IMG/VR virus record: IMGVR_UViG_3300017528_000567
Location: 1-64,000 of that record
Length of the DNA stretch: 64,000 nucleotides
Reading direction: 5' to 3' (one strand)
Positions 8,906 to 16,141 of this stretch are shown piece after piece. Each line of letters starts with the position of its first letter. Position 1 is the first letter of the stretch. The notes under the pieces were generated by a model that searched no databases, had not been told where the DNA came from, and worked only from the letters and a program-made list of their open reading frames with translations. The position numbers and the translations under genes are program-made.

Positions 8906-8940
8906 AACCGGATAGGCAGGGAATGGACCCTGCTTATCCG
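8906..8940 (+). repeat. AATGGA-loop palindrome, copy 2
   Basis: AACCGGATAGGCAGGG-AATGGA-CCCTGCTTATCCG. Confidence 0.9.
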
Positions 8941-8946
8941 TCTGTA

Positions 8947-9294
8947 TCAGTTGCCTGTGTCTGCTGTGATCAACCAGATCAATTTTCCGAAGACATCGTC
9001 CAGTTCGGTGACAACAGTTGCGAATTTCCGCACGGCAATTTTTGTGTCAGCGCTGAGTCCGCGACTCCCCATCAGTCCGCGGGCGACCTTCTTCACTTGT
9101 TCTATTGGCCCTTCAATACTGGCGACCAAGCGTCCCTCGTCAGTCAGCTCAGCCGTATGCTCGCCGGCAACGCGGGCACGGAGAGACTCGAGCTCGCTGG
9201 CGAGCCGAGAACGGGATGGTTTATCGGTCTGAGCATAGGCAAGCAGGCGGCGCAGCTCGATCTCAAGTTCATCGGCATCGGCAATCTTACGCAT
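8947..9294 (-). CDS. MRKIAN-module protein 3
   Basis: MRKIADADELEIELRRLLAYAQTDKPSRSRLASELESLRARVA. Confidence 0.8.
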   Translation of the reverse strand: MRKIADADELEIELRRLLAYAQTDKPSRSRLASELESLRARVAGEHTAELTDEGRLVASIEGPIEQVKKVARGLMGSRGLSADTKIAVRKFATVVTELDDVFGKLIWLITADTGN

Positions 9295-9317
9295 TGGTCT
9301 GGCACCTTTCTAGAGTG

Positions 9318-9342
9318 GAGGCCGGACCTCAACGCCGTGCCT
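9318..9342 (-). promoter_or_regulatory. conserved 5'-leader hairpin of an MRKIAN gene
   Basis: AGGCACGGC-GTTGAG-GTCCGGCCTC. Confidence 0.7.
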
Positions 9343-9394
9343 TCAAAAGGCGCGCTCGATAAGTGGTTGCTCGACGGCCTGCCTATCCAAGATG

Positions 9395-9577
9395 TCATCG
9401 CTTGCGCTTCTTCGCTTGCGGCGTAGGCGCAAGCGACTCCATCCGTTCGGCACGCTCCACCAAAGCCTCTGCCACTGCGTCAGGTGGTAACCCGGTCAAT
9501 TCACCGAGCATCGCGAAATATGCCCCGTCAGGGAGGTCGTCGTCGACAATGAGTAGGGCCGTCGCGATGTCCATCAT
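9395..9577 (-). CDS. small hypothetical protein (DDDLPDGAYFAM)
   Basis: 60 aa; ATG 9 nt after GGTGTAG. Confidence 0.7.
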   Translation of the reverse strand: MMDIATALLIVDDDLPDGAYFAMLGELTGLPPDAVAEALVERAERMESLAPTPQAKKRKR

Positions 9578-9586
9578 GGGAAGGCT

Positions 9587-9593
9587 CTACACC
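9587..9593 (-). promoter_or_regulatory. class-II motif GGTGTAG
   Basis: 9 nt before ATG 9577. Confidence 0.7.
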
Positions 9594-9772
9594 GACACGC
9601 AGCCAGGCGTAAAGCCCAGGGGCTCAAGGTCAGCTGCCGATTCGCCACGTGGGCGCGACGCGGCTCATTCGCCGCGGGTTTTGGCCTCCTTTGCGAACGG
9701 CTTGAAGTTTCGCTCTGGCCAAGACGTATTTGCAGGAACCGCCTGATATCAGGAACGAGAGGGTCAGACGTC

Positions 9773-11311
9773 GTGACCAAGAAGAAGCCGCCGAACCCCA
9801 ACCCGCAAAAGGCAGAGCTAGACGGATTGGTTTTCATCCTCCGAAATGGGAGATACGAGGTGGAGTTGCCCCACCCGTTCCGACCAGGTAGACATTGGCA
9901 CACCCAGAAGTTCGAGACTCGAGCCAGCGATTTGCAGGAAGCCCGGCGTATCGCTGGTGTCCGTTGCCAAGCTGACGTCGAGCTCGCCGCGCTCGTCGAT
10001 GATGAGGAGGCCAGCCGCCGTCTGGAAGTGCGGGACAAGGTAATCGGCGCCCTGCTCCGCCATTCCTACGGGAGCCTGCCAGCAGTCGAATCTATTCGTT
10101 CTAAAGTGGTCGAGAAGTGGCTGCGGACCATCGAGTCGTTTTCGATCGACCCCTTCACGGCAGTCCAGACCGTTCCGATCGTATTCCCGCCAGATGTGCC
10201 AGGCTCGTGGAAGCCGCCACGTCCGCTCGCATACTGGATGTCCCGCAAGGGTGCCCAAAGCATGCAAGCGCAGGAGACGTACCTCCACACTCAGCGGAGG
10301 ACGACATACAGCAGCGACGTGTTGGACTTCAGTAGCGTGTTGGCCACGTGCGATGAGGAAACCGGCTGGGGTTACGGTGCGAAACTCAAGGGCGTGTCGG
10401 AGACGGTCCATCTACTGGCCCGAGCCCGCAAGAGTCGTGAACTACTAGCGCGCGTCTTCCTACGTGCCTCCCTCCACAACACGATCGTGCGCTTTCGCCT
10501 CTCTGAGGATCCAAACGCCCCCCAACGTCGTCTAGACAACCGGCGGTATCCTGAGACTCCCTACCATGTCGAGTCGGACGACGGTGAGCTTGTCCTGGCC
10601 CTCGCCGGCCTTTGTGGCGAAGACCCGTGGCATCATGCGAGCAAGCAAACATTGCCCGACGTGATGGTTTCGCACGGCGAAAACTACCTTACCAGTTTCC
10701 GGTCCAACGATCATCGCCTTGACAACAGCCGGCAGCGCGAGATTACGGTCCGCAGCCTCAGCGAGCTGGTTGAACTGCTCGCAGTTGAGCACGCCCGGGT
10801 GATTGCCCAGCACGTTGTGGTCCTCTTCGTGGACGAGCAGAACCCAGACCCAGACCTGGAACTCTCCCCATACGGACACGAGGAAAGGCGGCCAGTCCTC
10901 CCGCCTCGTGAACCGCCTTCACGGGATGAGCGCCTACTAGAGATCAAGGCAGACCTGTTCGACGAGCTGAAGAAGTCACCCGCCCTGCAGGCGCAAGCTC
11001 GGAAGCGGATGAAGGATCGCCCCAAGCCGCAACCGCCGAAAGCTGACCCGACGCCCCCAGCCGAGCCGCCCAGCGGTAGCCCTCAAGAGGATCACGAGCT
11101 CCGTGCGGTCGATGCGACCGCGCAAGCAGTCACCGCCTCGGTTGAACCCCCTGCCGAGCTCAAAGCCACCCCGGCCTCAGTTCAAGCGCCCCGTCAGCCG
11201 CGTCGCCACGCTTCGGTCGAGAAGGTGCAGCCCATGGCCAAGACGTACAGCTATCTCGAGAAGCTCAAGGCCCGGAAGCGCAAGCGAACTAACCCACAGG
11301 AGACGACATGA
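9773..11311 (+). CDS. large hypothetical protein, possible N-terminal Arm/AP2-like DNA-binding fold
   Basis: 512 aa; GTG start with GAGAGGG upstream; Pro/Lys-rich C-terminal tail. Confidence 0.75.
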   Translation: MTKKKPPNPNPQKAELDGLVFILRNGRYEVELPHPFRPGRHWHTQKFETRASDLQEARRIAGVRCQADVELAALVDDEEASRRLEVRDKVIGALLRHSYGSLPAVESIRSKVVEKWLRTIESFSIDPFTAVQTVPIVFPPDVPGSWKPPRPLAYWMSRKGAQSMQAQETYLHTQRRTTYSSDVLDFSSVLATCDEETGWGYGAKLKGVSETVHLLARARKSRELLARVFLRASLHNTIVRFRLSEDPNAPQRRLDNRRYPETPYHVESDDGELVLALAGLCGEDPWHHASKQTLPDVMVSHGENYLTSFRSNDHRLDNSRQREITVRSLSELVELLAVEHARVIAQHVVVLFVDEQNPDPDLELSPYGHEERRPVLPPREPPSRDERLLEIKADLFDELKKSPALQAQARKRMKDRPKPQPPKADPTPPAEPPSGSPQEDHELRAVDATAQAVTASVEPPAELKATPASVQAPRQPRRHASVEKVQPMAKTYSYLEKLKARKRKRTNPQETT

Positions 11312-11386
11312 GTCACCCCGGAGCTCGCATGAGGGGGTGCCCCTCTTGGGATCATCTCGTGTTTCCCTAGACATGCAATTGGCAGG

Positions 11387-11448
11387 TAACCGGATAGGCA
11401 TGGAATGGACCTTGCCTATCCGGTTAGCACCCCCTGAAAGTCTGGAAA
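11387..11448 (+). repeat. AATGGA-loop palindrome, copy 3, plus left inverted-repeat arm
   Basis: TAACCGGATAGGCATGG-AATGGA-CCTTGCCTATCCGGTTA-GCACCCCCTGAAAGTCTGGAAA. Confidence 0.9.
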
Positions 11449-11554
11449 GTCTGTACGGGCGCGACGTGGCCTTGGCTGTGCACGCGGAGTCGCCTACCTA
11501 CGATGAGCTGTACAGCGGGAGTTGGGTGCATGCCGCGTAGTGCCCCCAGATTAG

Positions 11555-11589
11555 CTTGAAGTTTCGGGCCGCTCGTTTGTATCTACGGC
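11555..11589 (+). promoter_or_regulatory. class-I promoter-like motif
   Basis: CTTGAAG-N13-GTTTGT-N9-ATG. Confidence 0.75.
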
Positions 11590-13200
11590 ATGGGCAAGCG
11601 AAAGTATAGGACACGGGAAGAGTGGCATGCGGACTTGCGGCAGGTGTGCGCCAGCAAGAACTGGGAGATAGTTGGCAATCTCCCGGACGCGGCGAAGCAA
11701 AAGTTGACCCTGCGCTGCAAAAACCACGAGAAAGGTGTCGATGCGCCGGAGGGCTACTACGAATGGCATCCGGTGCCGGGGGATATCTTTCAGGGTAAAG
11801 GGTGCCGCCTCTGTTCTGGTGTCGCTCCATTGACGAACGCCCAAGTCGCGTTCTCGGCTAGCCAGGTAGGATTGACACTGTTTCCCCAGTCTCAGCGAGT
11901 GACGAACAATAGGGCTTCCCTCCAGTTTCAGTGCAATGAGTGCAGCGACGTTCGACGGTATATCGTATGTAACGTTCGTAACGGGCAAGGCTGCAAACCG
12001 TGCGCTGATAAGAGGAACGGTCTGTCCCGTCGAATCCCAAGAGCTACGATAGTTGCCCGGCTTGCTGTTCACCGACTCAAGTTCGTCAGCGTGGCGCATC
12101 CCGATGGTGATGATGCGCACGTCACCTATACATGTCGGTTCGGCCACATTCATACACAGGTGCTGCACACACTAAAGAAGAGCAAAGGGTGCGCGATTTG
12201 TAGCGTCTTGCCGCGCCGCGAGACGGTACTGAGACAGATTCTCGAATACCTCACGGGGTTCAAGTGGCCGAAGCAGAGAGTCGCCTGGTTGCTAAGCCCG
12301 AAGCGCCGCAAGCTAGAGCTTGACGGCTACTGTAAGGAGGTTGGGTGCGCTTTCGAGCACCAAGGGGAACAACACTACAAATTTGTGGCTCTCTGGAGCA
12401 AATGCCAAAACTACGACCAGTTGAAAGTCGCGGGCTGTCGCGCCGAGGGGGTCAAACTCCTAGTTACTGATGAGAAAGGCTACGATAAAGCCGAGAAGAT
12501 GGGCGGGACGGCGGGCCTCGTGCGTTGGGTAGCTCGGCTACTTGCGGATTTGAACGTACCGATGCGACCAAACCCAGGCCAGTTTAGACTCGAATTCAAC
12601 AGTACAACGGCGGAAGCGCGCACGAGAGAATGTCATGAGTTTGCCAAAGCCAATGACGGCAAGTTCTTGGACCCGGTATGCATCGCAGCCTTAGCAATGA
12701 ATCGCTGGCTCTGTGCGACTCACGGGAAGTTCGAGAGAAGCTTGACCGACATGAAGACAAACAAGAGCTGGTGCCCGAAATGCGGCCGTGAGCTATCTGG
12801 TGAAGCTAGACGCAAACCATTTGTGACACTCTCCGGCTTTCGTAAAGAGTGCAGGCGCATAGGCGTTCGGAGCAGAGACACGTATACGCAGGCTAAGAAG
12901 TCTGGGGCGTTCCAGGTCTTGGCACCGGTAGACGTGATAGATTACTACAAGCTCCCACTGAGCAAGCTATTCCAAAAATCCAGCATGCATGGCGACCCTT
13001 GGCAGTACACGGATGAGCACGACGATCCCGCCGACCTGAAGGACCACCCGAATGCGAAGATTCGGCGCCTCTCGTCGGGGAGGCTCCGTCGTGCCGTGGC
13101 CCTGCCCAAGAAGCAGCCCAAGGTCCCTGCCAACGACAACGTTGATGCACTGGCCGACCGCTTGAACGCTATCTACAGCGGGCGCGAGATCCCCGACTGA
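11590..13200 (+). CDS. multi-zinc-ribbon PD-(D/E)XK/Vsr-like endonuclease (putative homing-type), copy 1
   Basis: Multiple CxxC pairs; LELDGYCKEVGCAFEHQGEQHY nuclease-like motif. Confidence 0.75.
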   Translation: MGKRKYRTREEWHADLRQVCASKNWEIVGNLPDAAKQKLTLRCKNHEKGVDAPEGYYEWHPVPGDIFQGKGCRLCSGVAPLTNAQVAFSASQVGLTLFPQSQRVTNNRASLQFQCNECSDVRRYIVCNVRNGQGCKPCADKRNGLSRRIPRATIVARLAVHRLKFVSVAHPDGDDAHVTYTCRFGHIHTQVLHTLKKSKGCAICSVLPRRETVLRQILEYLTGFKWPKQRVAWLLSPKRRKLELDGYCKEVGCAFEHQGEQHYKFVALWSKCQNYDQLKVAGCRAEGVKLLVTDEKGYDKAEKMGGTAGLVRWVARLLADLNVPMRPNPGQFRLEFNSTTAEARTRECHEFAKANDGKFLDPVCIAALAMNRWLCATHGKFERSLTDMKTNKSWCPKCGRELSGEARRKPFVTLSGFRKECRRIGVRSRDTYTQAKKSGAFQVLAPVDVIDYYKLPLSKLFQKSSMHGDPWQYTDEHDDPADLKDHPNAKIRRLSSGRLRRAVALPKKQPKVPANDNVDALADRLNAIYSGREIPD

Positions 13201-13212
13201 GGCAGCGTATCC

Positions 13213-13247
13213 CTTGAAGTTTGGCCCCCGCCGATTGTCTTTACGGT
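13213..13247 (+). promoter_or_regulatory. class-I promoter-like motif
   Basis: CTTGAAG-N13-GATTGT-N9-ATG. Confidence 0.8.
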
Positions 13248-13451
13248 ATGACCCAAGTAGCCCTCAAGACGACGCCCACCCTGGAGTTTGTGCTCAAGGT
13301 CGACGGCGAGTACGCCATCGGGATCGAGGCGGCAAGCATCGAGGACGCTCAAGCCTTGGCACTGGCCGATGAGTGGCTGGAGCAGCGCTCTGCGCGCCTC
13401 GTAGAGGTCGGCAACGACAACAACCAGCTCGACTTCGTGGTGGGGCGATGA
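13248..13451 (+). CDS. small hypothetical protein
   Basis: 67 aa; ATG 9 nt after a class-I promoter; ATGA overlap with the next gene. Confidence 0.7.
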   Translation: MTQVALKTTPTLEFVLKVDGEYAIGIEAASIEDAQALALADEWLEQRSARLVEVGNDNNQLDFVVGR

Positions 13452-15013
13452 GTCACGGAAGGACAATCGAAGAATGGCAAGAGGATGTGCGGAAGATCCT
13501 CAAGAAGAACAACTGCAAGCTAGTCAGCGCGCTGCCATCCAGAATCGATCACGAATTGACGGCGCGTTGCTGCAACCACGAGGAAGGGCCGGACGCGCCA
13601 CTCGGTTATTACGAGTGGCCCACGACGCCAGCCCGGCTGTTCAAGGGCAAAGGCTGTCCGCTCTGCAGTAAACGTGCGCCACTGACGCGGGCACGAATAC
13701 TGGCGTCGGCTAGTCAGGTACACTTGACTCTAGATCCCGTGTCCCAGGATATTCCCGACGGTATCTCCAACACGAACTACCTCGACTTCAGGTGTGACAA
13801 CTGCGGCGTGACTAAACCGCACAGAATAGGAAATATCCGCACCGGCCACGGCTGCAAGAACTGCGCATCCGTTACCATTGGCGAGGCCCGTCGAATCACA
13901 GATGAAGAACTGATTGATTGGCTTGCGTGCGACGACCTCACGCTGATAAGCCGGGAATTTCGCAAGGGGATCGCCTATGTCAAGTTCGGCTGCCGACGCG
14001 GGCACACGCCTACGCAGCCCTGGGGTGTCGTGAGCCGCGGCAATGGCTGCCCGGATTGCGCGATGATGCCGCACGGTGAGACGGTGACGCGACAGCTCTT
14101 CGAGTACCTCACCGGCTTCACGTGGACGAAGGACAGGGTCAGTTGGATGCGGAGCGACTTGGGCAATCCGCTAGAGCTTGACGGATACAATGAGGAGCGT
14201 CGGTGCGGTTTCGAGTTCCAAGGGGAGCAGCATGATGTAGACAACGGCTATTTCCCACGCGCCAAGTACGACCACCTAAAGGTCGAGGGGTGCCGCAAGC
14301 AAGGCGTCACGCTAGTCATCGTGCTCAAGAAAGACTATGACGCGGCGAAGAAGAGTGGTGGCCAAGAAGGGTTATTGCTGTGGGCAATCGGCCTACTCAA
14401 GGCGGCTGGCATACCAATGCTGGCAAACCCAGGCCGGCTGGTGCTCAAACTCAATACGCCCCGAAGTGACGCACTGACCATCGAAGCCAATGCGCTCGCC
14501 GAAGCCAAGGGCGGTGAGTTCGTGGATGATGTCTGCACCGAGGCTGAAGCCGAGCACAACTGGCGCTGCAAGGATCACGGGACGTTCAAGAGAAGCCTGA
14601 GTGTGATGAAGCAACGGGAGTTCTTCTGTCCGTACTGCGGTGGAGAGCAACGCGCTGAAAACCGACGGTTGGAGTATGCGACCATCTCCGTGATCCGCAG
14701 GGAATTTCGCCGGCTAGGTCTTCAGAATGAACGTGAAGTTGCGAAGGCTCGGGACGCAGGAGATTTCGGTGAGATTGTGGTGCCATCGGCCTTGCAGATC
14801 TACCTCGACCTTACGCCCAACCAGGTGTTCCAAAAAACCACCAAGCTGGGCGAGCCCTGGCAATATATCGACGAGCACGATAACCCCGCCGATCTCGCAC
14901 TCCACCCGAGGCGTTACAGCACCCCGATCCACTTGGGGAAGGGCCGAGAAGCCAAGAAGCCGAACAAGCGGTCGCCGGGCGCGGTCTCAAGGCCTGAGCC
15001 GACGGTAGGCTAG
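13448..15013 (+). CDS. multi-zinc-ribbon PD-(D/E)XK/Vsr-like endonuclease, copy 2
   Basis: Colinear paralogue of 11590..13200; LELDGYNEERRCGFEFQGEQHD. Confidence 0.75.
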   Translation: MSHGRTIEEWQEDVRKILKKNNCKLVSALPSRIDHELTARCCNHEEGPDAPLGYYEWPTTPARLFKGKGCPLCSKRAPLTRARILASASQVHLTLDPVSQDIPDGISNTNYLDFRCDNCGVTKPHRIGNIRTGHGCKNCASVTIGEARRITDEELIDWLACDDLTLISREFRKGIAYVKFGCRRGHTPTQPWGVVSRGNGCPDCAMMPHGETVTRQLFEYLTGFTWTKDRVSWMRSDLGNPLELDGYNEERRCGFEFQGEQHDVDNGYFPRAKYDHLKVEGCRKQGVTLVIVLKKDYDAAKKSGGQEGLLLWAIGLLKAAGIPMLANPGRLVLKLNTPRSDALTIEANALAEAKGGEFVDDVCTEAEAEHNWRCKDHGTFKRSLSVMKQREFFCPYCGGEQRAENRRLEYATISVIRREFRRLGLQNEREVAKARDAGDFGEIVVPSALQIYLDLTPNQVFQKTTKLGEPWQYIDEHDNPADLALHPRRYSTPIHLGKGREAKKPNKRSPGAVSRPEPTVG

Positions 15014-15052
15014 TAGGCGGGGCGTATCGATGCGCTAAAGTCTCGGCTAATT

Positions 15053-15059
15053 GGTGTAC
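15053..15059 (+). promoter_or_regulatory. class-II motif GGTGTAC
   Basis: 9 nt before ATG 15069. Confidence 0.65.
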
Positions 15060-15068
15060 TTACTAGGC

Positions 15069-15296
15069 ATGCAATTGACCGAACCAGAGACCGAAATTCT
15101 GCAGGCGTTCGCTGGGAAACCGTACGCTATCGCAGGCTTCCCCGAGGATTGTAAGGGTCCTATCGATGGCCTGATGGCCTACGGCTTGATCACCTGGAGT
15201 GGTCTCCAGAGACCGATCCCAGGCCAGGACGAGTCTTGGTGGCGTGTTCGCCTGACAGACCAGGGGCGTCGCTACGTTTTGGACGCGGGTTGGTAA
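15069..15296 (+). CDS. small hypothetical protein (winged-helix-like)
   Basis: 75 aa; LTEPETEIL...LMAYGLI...VRLTDQGR; ATG 9 nt after GGTGTAC. Confidence 0.65.
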   Translation: MQLTEPETEILQAFAGKPYAIAGFPEDCKGPIDGLMAYGLITWSGLQRPIPGQDESWWRVRLTDQGRRYVLDAGW

Positions 15297-15312
15297 GCGA
15301 GTAGAGGCAATT

Positions 15313-15355
15313 GGAAAAAGGCGGGGCGTGCGGTGTCGCCGTCCCGCCTTTTTCC
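15313..15355. terminator. intrinsic terminator (bidirectional-looking)
   Basis: GGAAAAAGGCGGG / CCCGCCTTTTTCC 13-bp stem with A/T tracts at both ends. Confidence 0.8.
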
Positions 15356-15413
15356 ATACTTTCAGGGGGTGCAAACCGGATAGGCATGGAATGGACCATG
15401 CCTATCACGCCGG
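15351..15413 (+). repeat. right inverted-repeat arm plus AATGGA-loop palindrome, copy 4
   Basis: TTTCCATACTTTCAGGGGGTGC-A-AACCGGATAGGCATGG-AATGGA-CCATGCCTATC. Confidence 0.9.
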
Positions 15414-15447
15414 ATACCGCAGAGCTCGCTCAAGGGGTCTGGCCGCT

Positions 15448-15454
15448 GGTGTAT
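15448..15454 (+). promoter_or_regulatory. class-II motif GGTGTAT
   Basis: 8 nt before ATG 15463. Confidence 0.7.
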
Positions 15455-15462
15455 GATCCGGC

Positions 15463-16116
15463 ATGCTCTACACCCAATTAGAAACCGACTTGGCCTTGGG
15501 GACGTTGGACGGAATCGTACGCCCAGAATCCCTAGAAAACGTACGTCAACACTACGAGGGGGATGGTCGCTATTATCACGACTTCGATCACGCGGTCGAG
15601 GTCGTGAGCTGGATCAACCGGGCTTGTGAGGACTATACAGAAGAAGCCCTCCACCCGTTCACGCATCAAGAGCTCCGCCTCGCGGCGCTCTTCCATGATG
15701 TGGTCTACACAGCCGCGGGGAGCCCTAGCAACGAACAGCAGAGCTGCGAGCTCATGCGCAACGAGTTGAAGGGGGTAGTTTCCGAGGATTCGTTGGCCCA
15801 GATTGGCCAGCTCATCATGCTCACCGCGCAGCACGGCAAACTTGGCGCCGGTGACGCGCCACTGGCAGGCTGCGTCCTTCTCGACGCCGACATCGCGAGC
15901 CTTGGGCAATATCACTGGGAAACGGTCGTGTACAACAACATGAATGTGGTCGCCGAGCTGCGTCTCAAGTACACGCCCGAGCAAGTGGCGCTGGGACGCA
16001 AAGCTTTCCTTGGTGGCTTGCTAGCAAAAAAGTCGATCTTCCTGTCGGAGTTCTTCCGAACCAGGCTCGAAGATCAGGCCCGCAGAAACATCACGAAGAT
16101 CTTGGCGAGCTCGTAG
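15463..16116 (+). CDS. HD-superfamily metal-dependent phosphohydrolase (COG4339-like)
   Basis: RYYHDFDH...ALFHDVVY...NEQQS...LLDADIASLG. Confidence 0.85.
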   Translation: MLYTQLETDLALGTLDGIVRPESLENVRQHYEGDGRYYHDFDHAVEVVSWINRACEDYTEEALHPFTHQELRLAALFHDVVYTAAGSPSNEQQSCELMRNELKGVVSEDSLAQIGQLIMLTAQHGKLGAGDAPLAGCVLLDADIASLGQYHWETVVYNNMNVVAELRLKYTPEQVALGRKAFLGGLLAKKSIFLSEFFRTRLEDQARRNITKILASS

Positions 16117-16126
16117 CCGACCCCAT

Positions 16127-16133
16127 GGTGTAG
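16127..16133 (+). promoter_or_regulatory. class-II motif GGTGTAG
   Basis: 8 nt before GTG 16142. Confidence 0.7.
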
Positions 16134-16141
16134 CCCCGTGA

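Larger units (their letters stand above)
11387..15413. mobile_element. putative mobile or invertible nuclease cassette bounded by inverted repeats and duplicated palindromes
   Basis: 36-bp inverted repeats at 11413-11448 and 15351-15386 (34/36); 33-bp direct repeat at 11388-11420 and 15374-15406 (32/33); encloses two nuclease paralogues. Confidence 0.55.

Noticed and set aside
9701-9726. Sixth class-I promoter
   Set aside because: Only the CTTGAAGTTT half is present; there is no GWTTGT at +13 and no start at the fixed distance.
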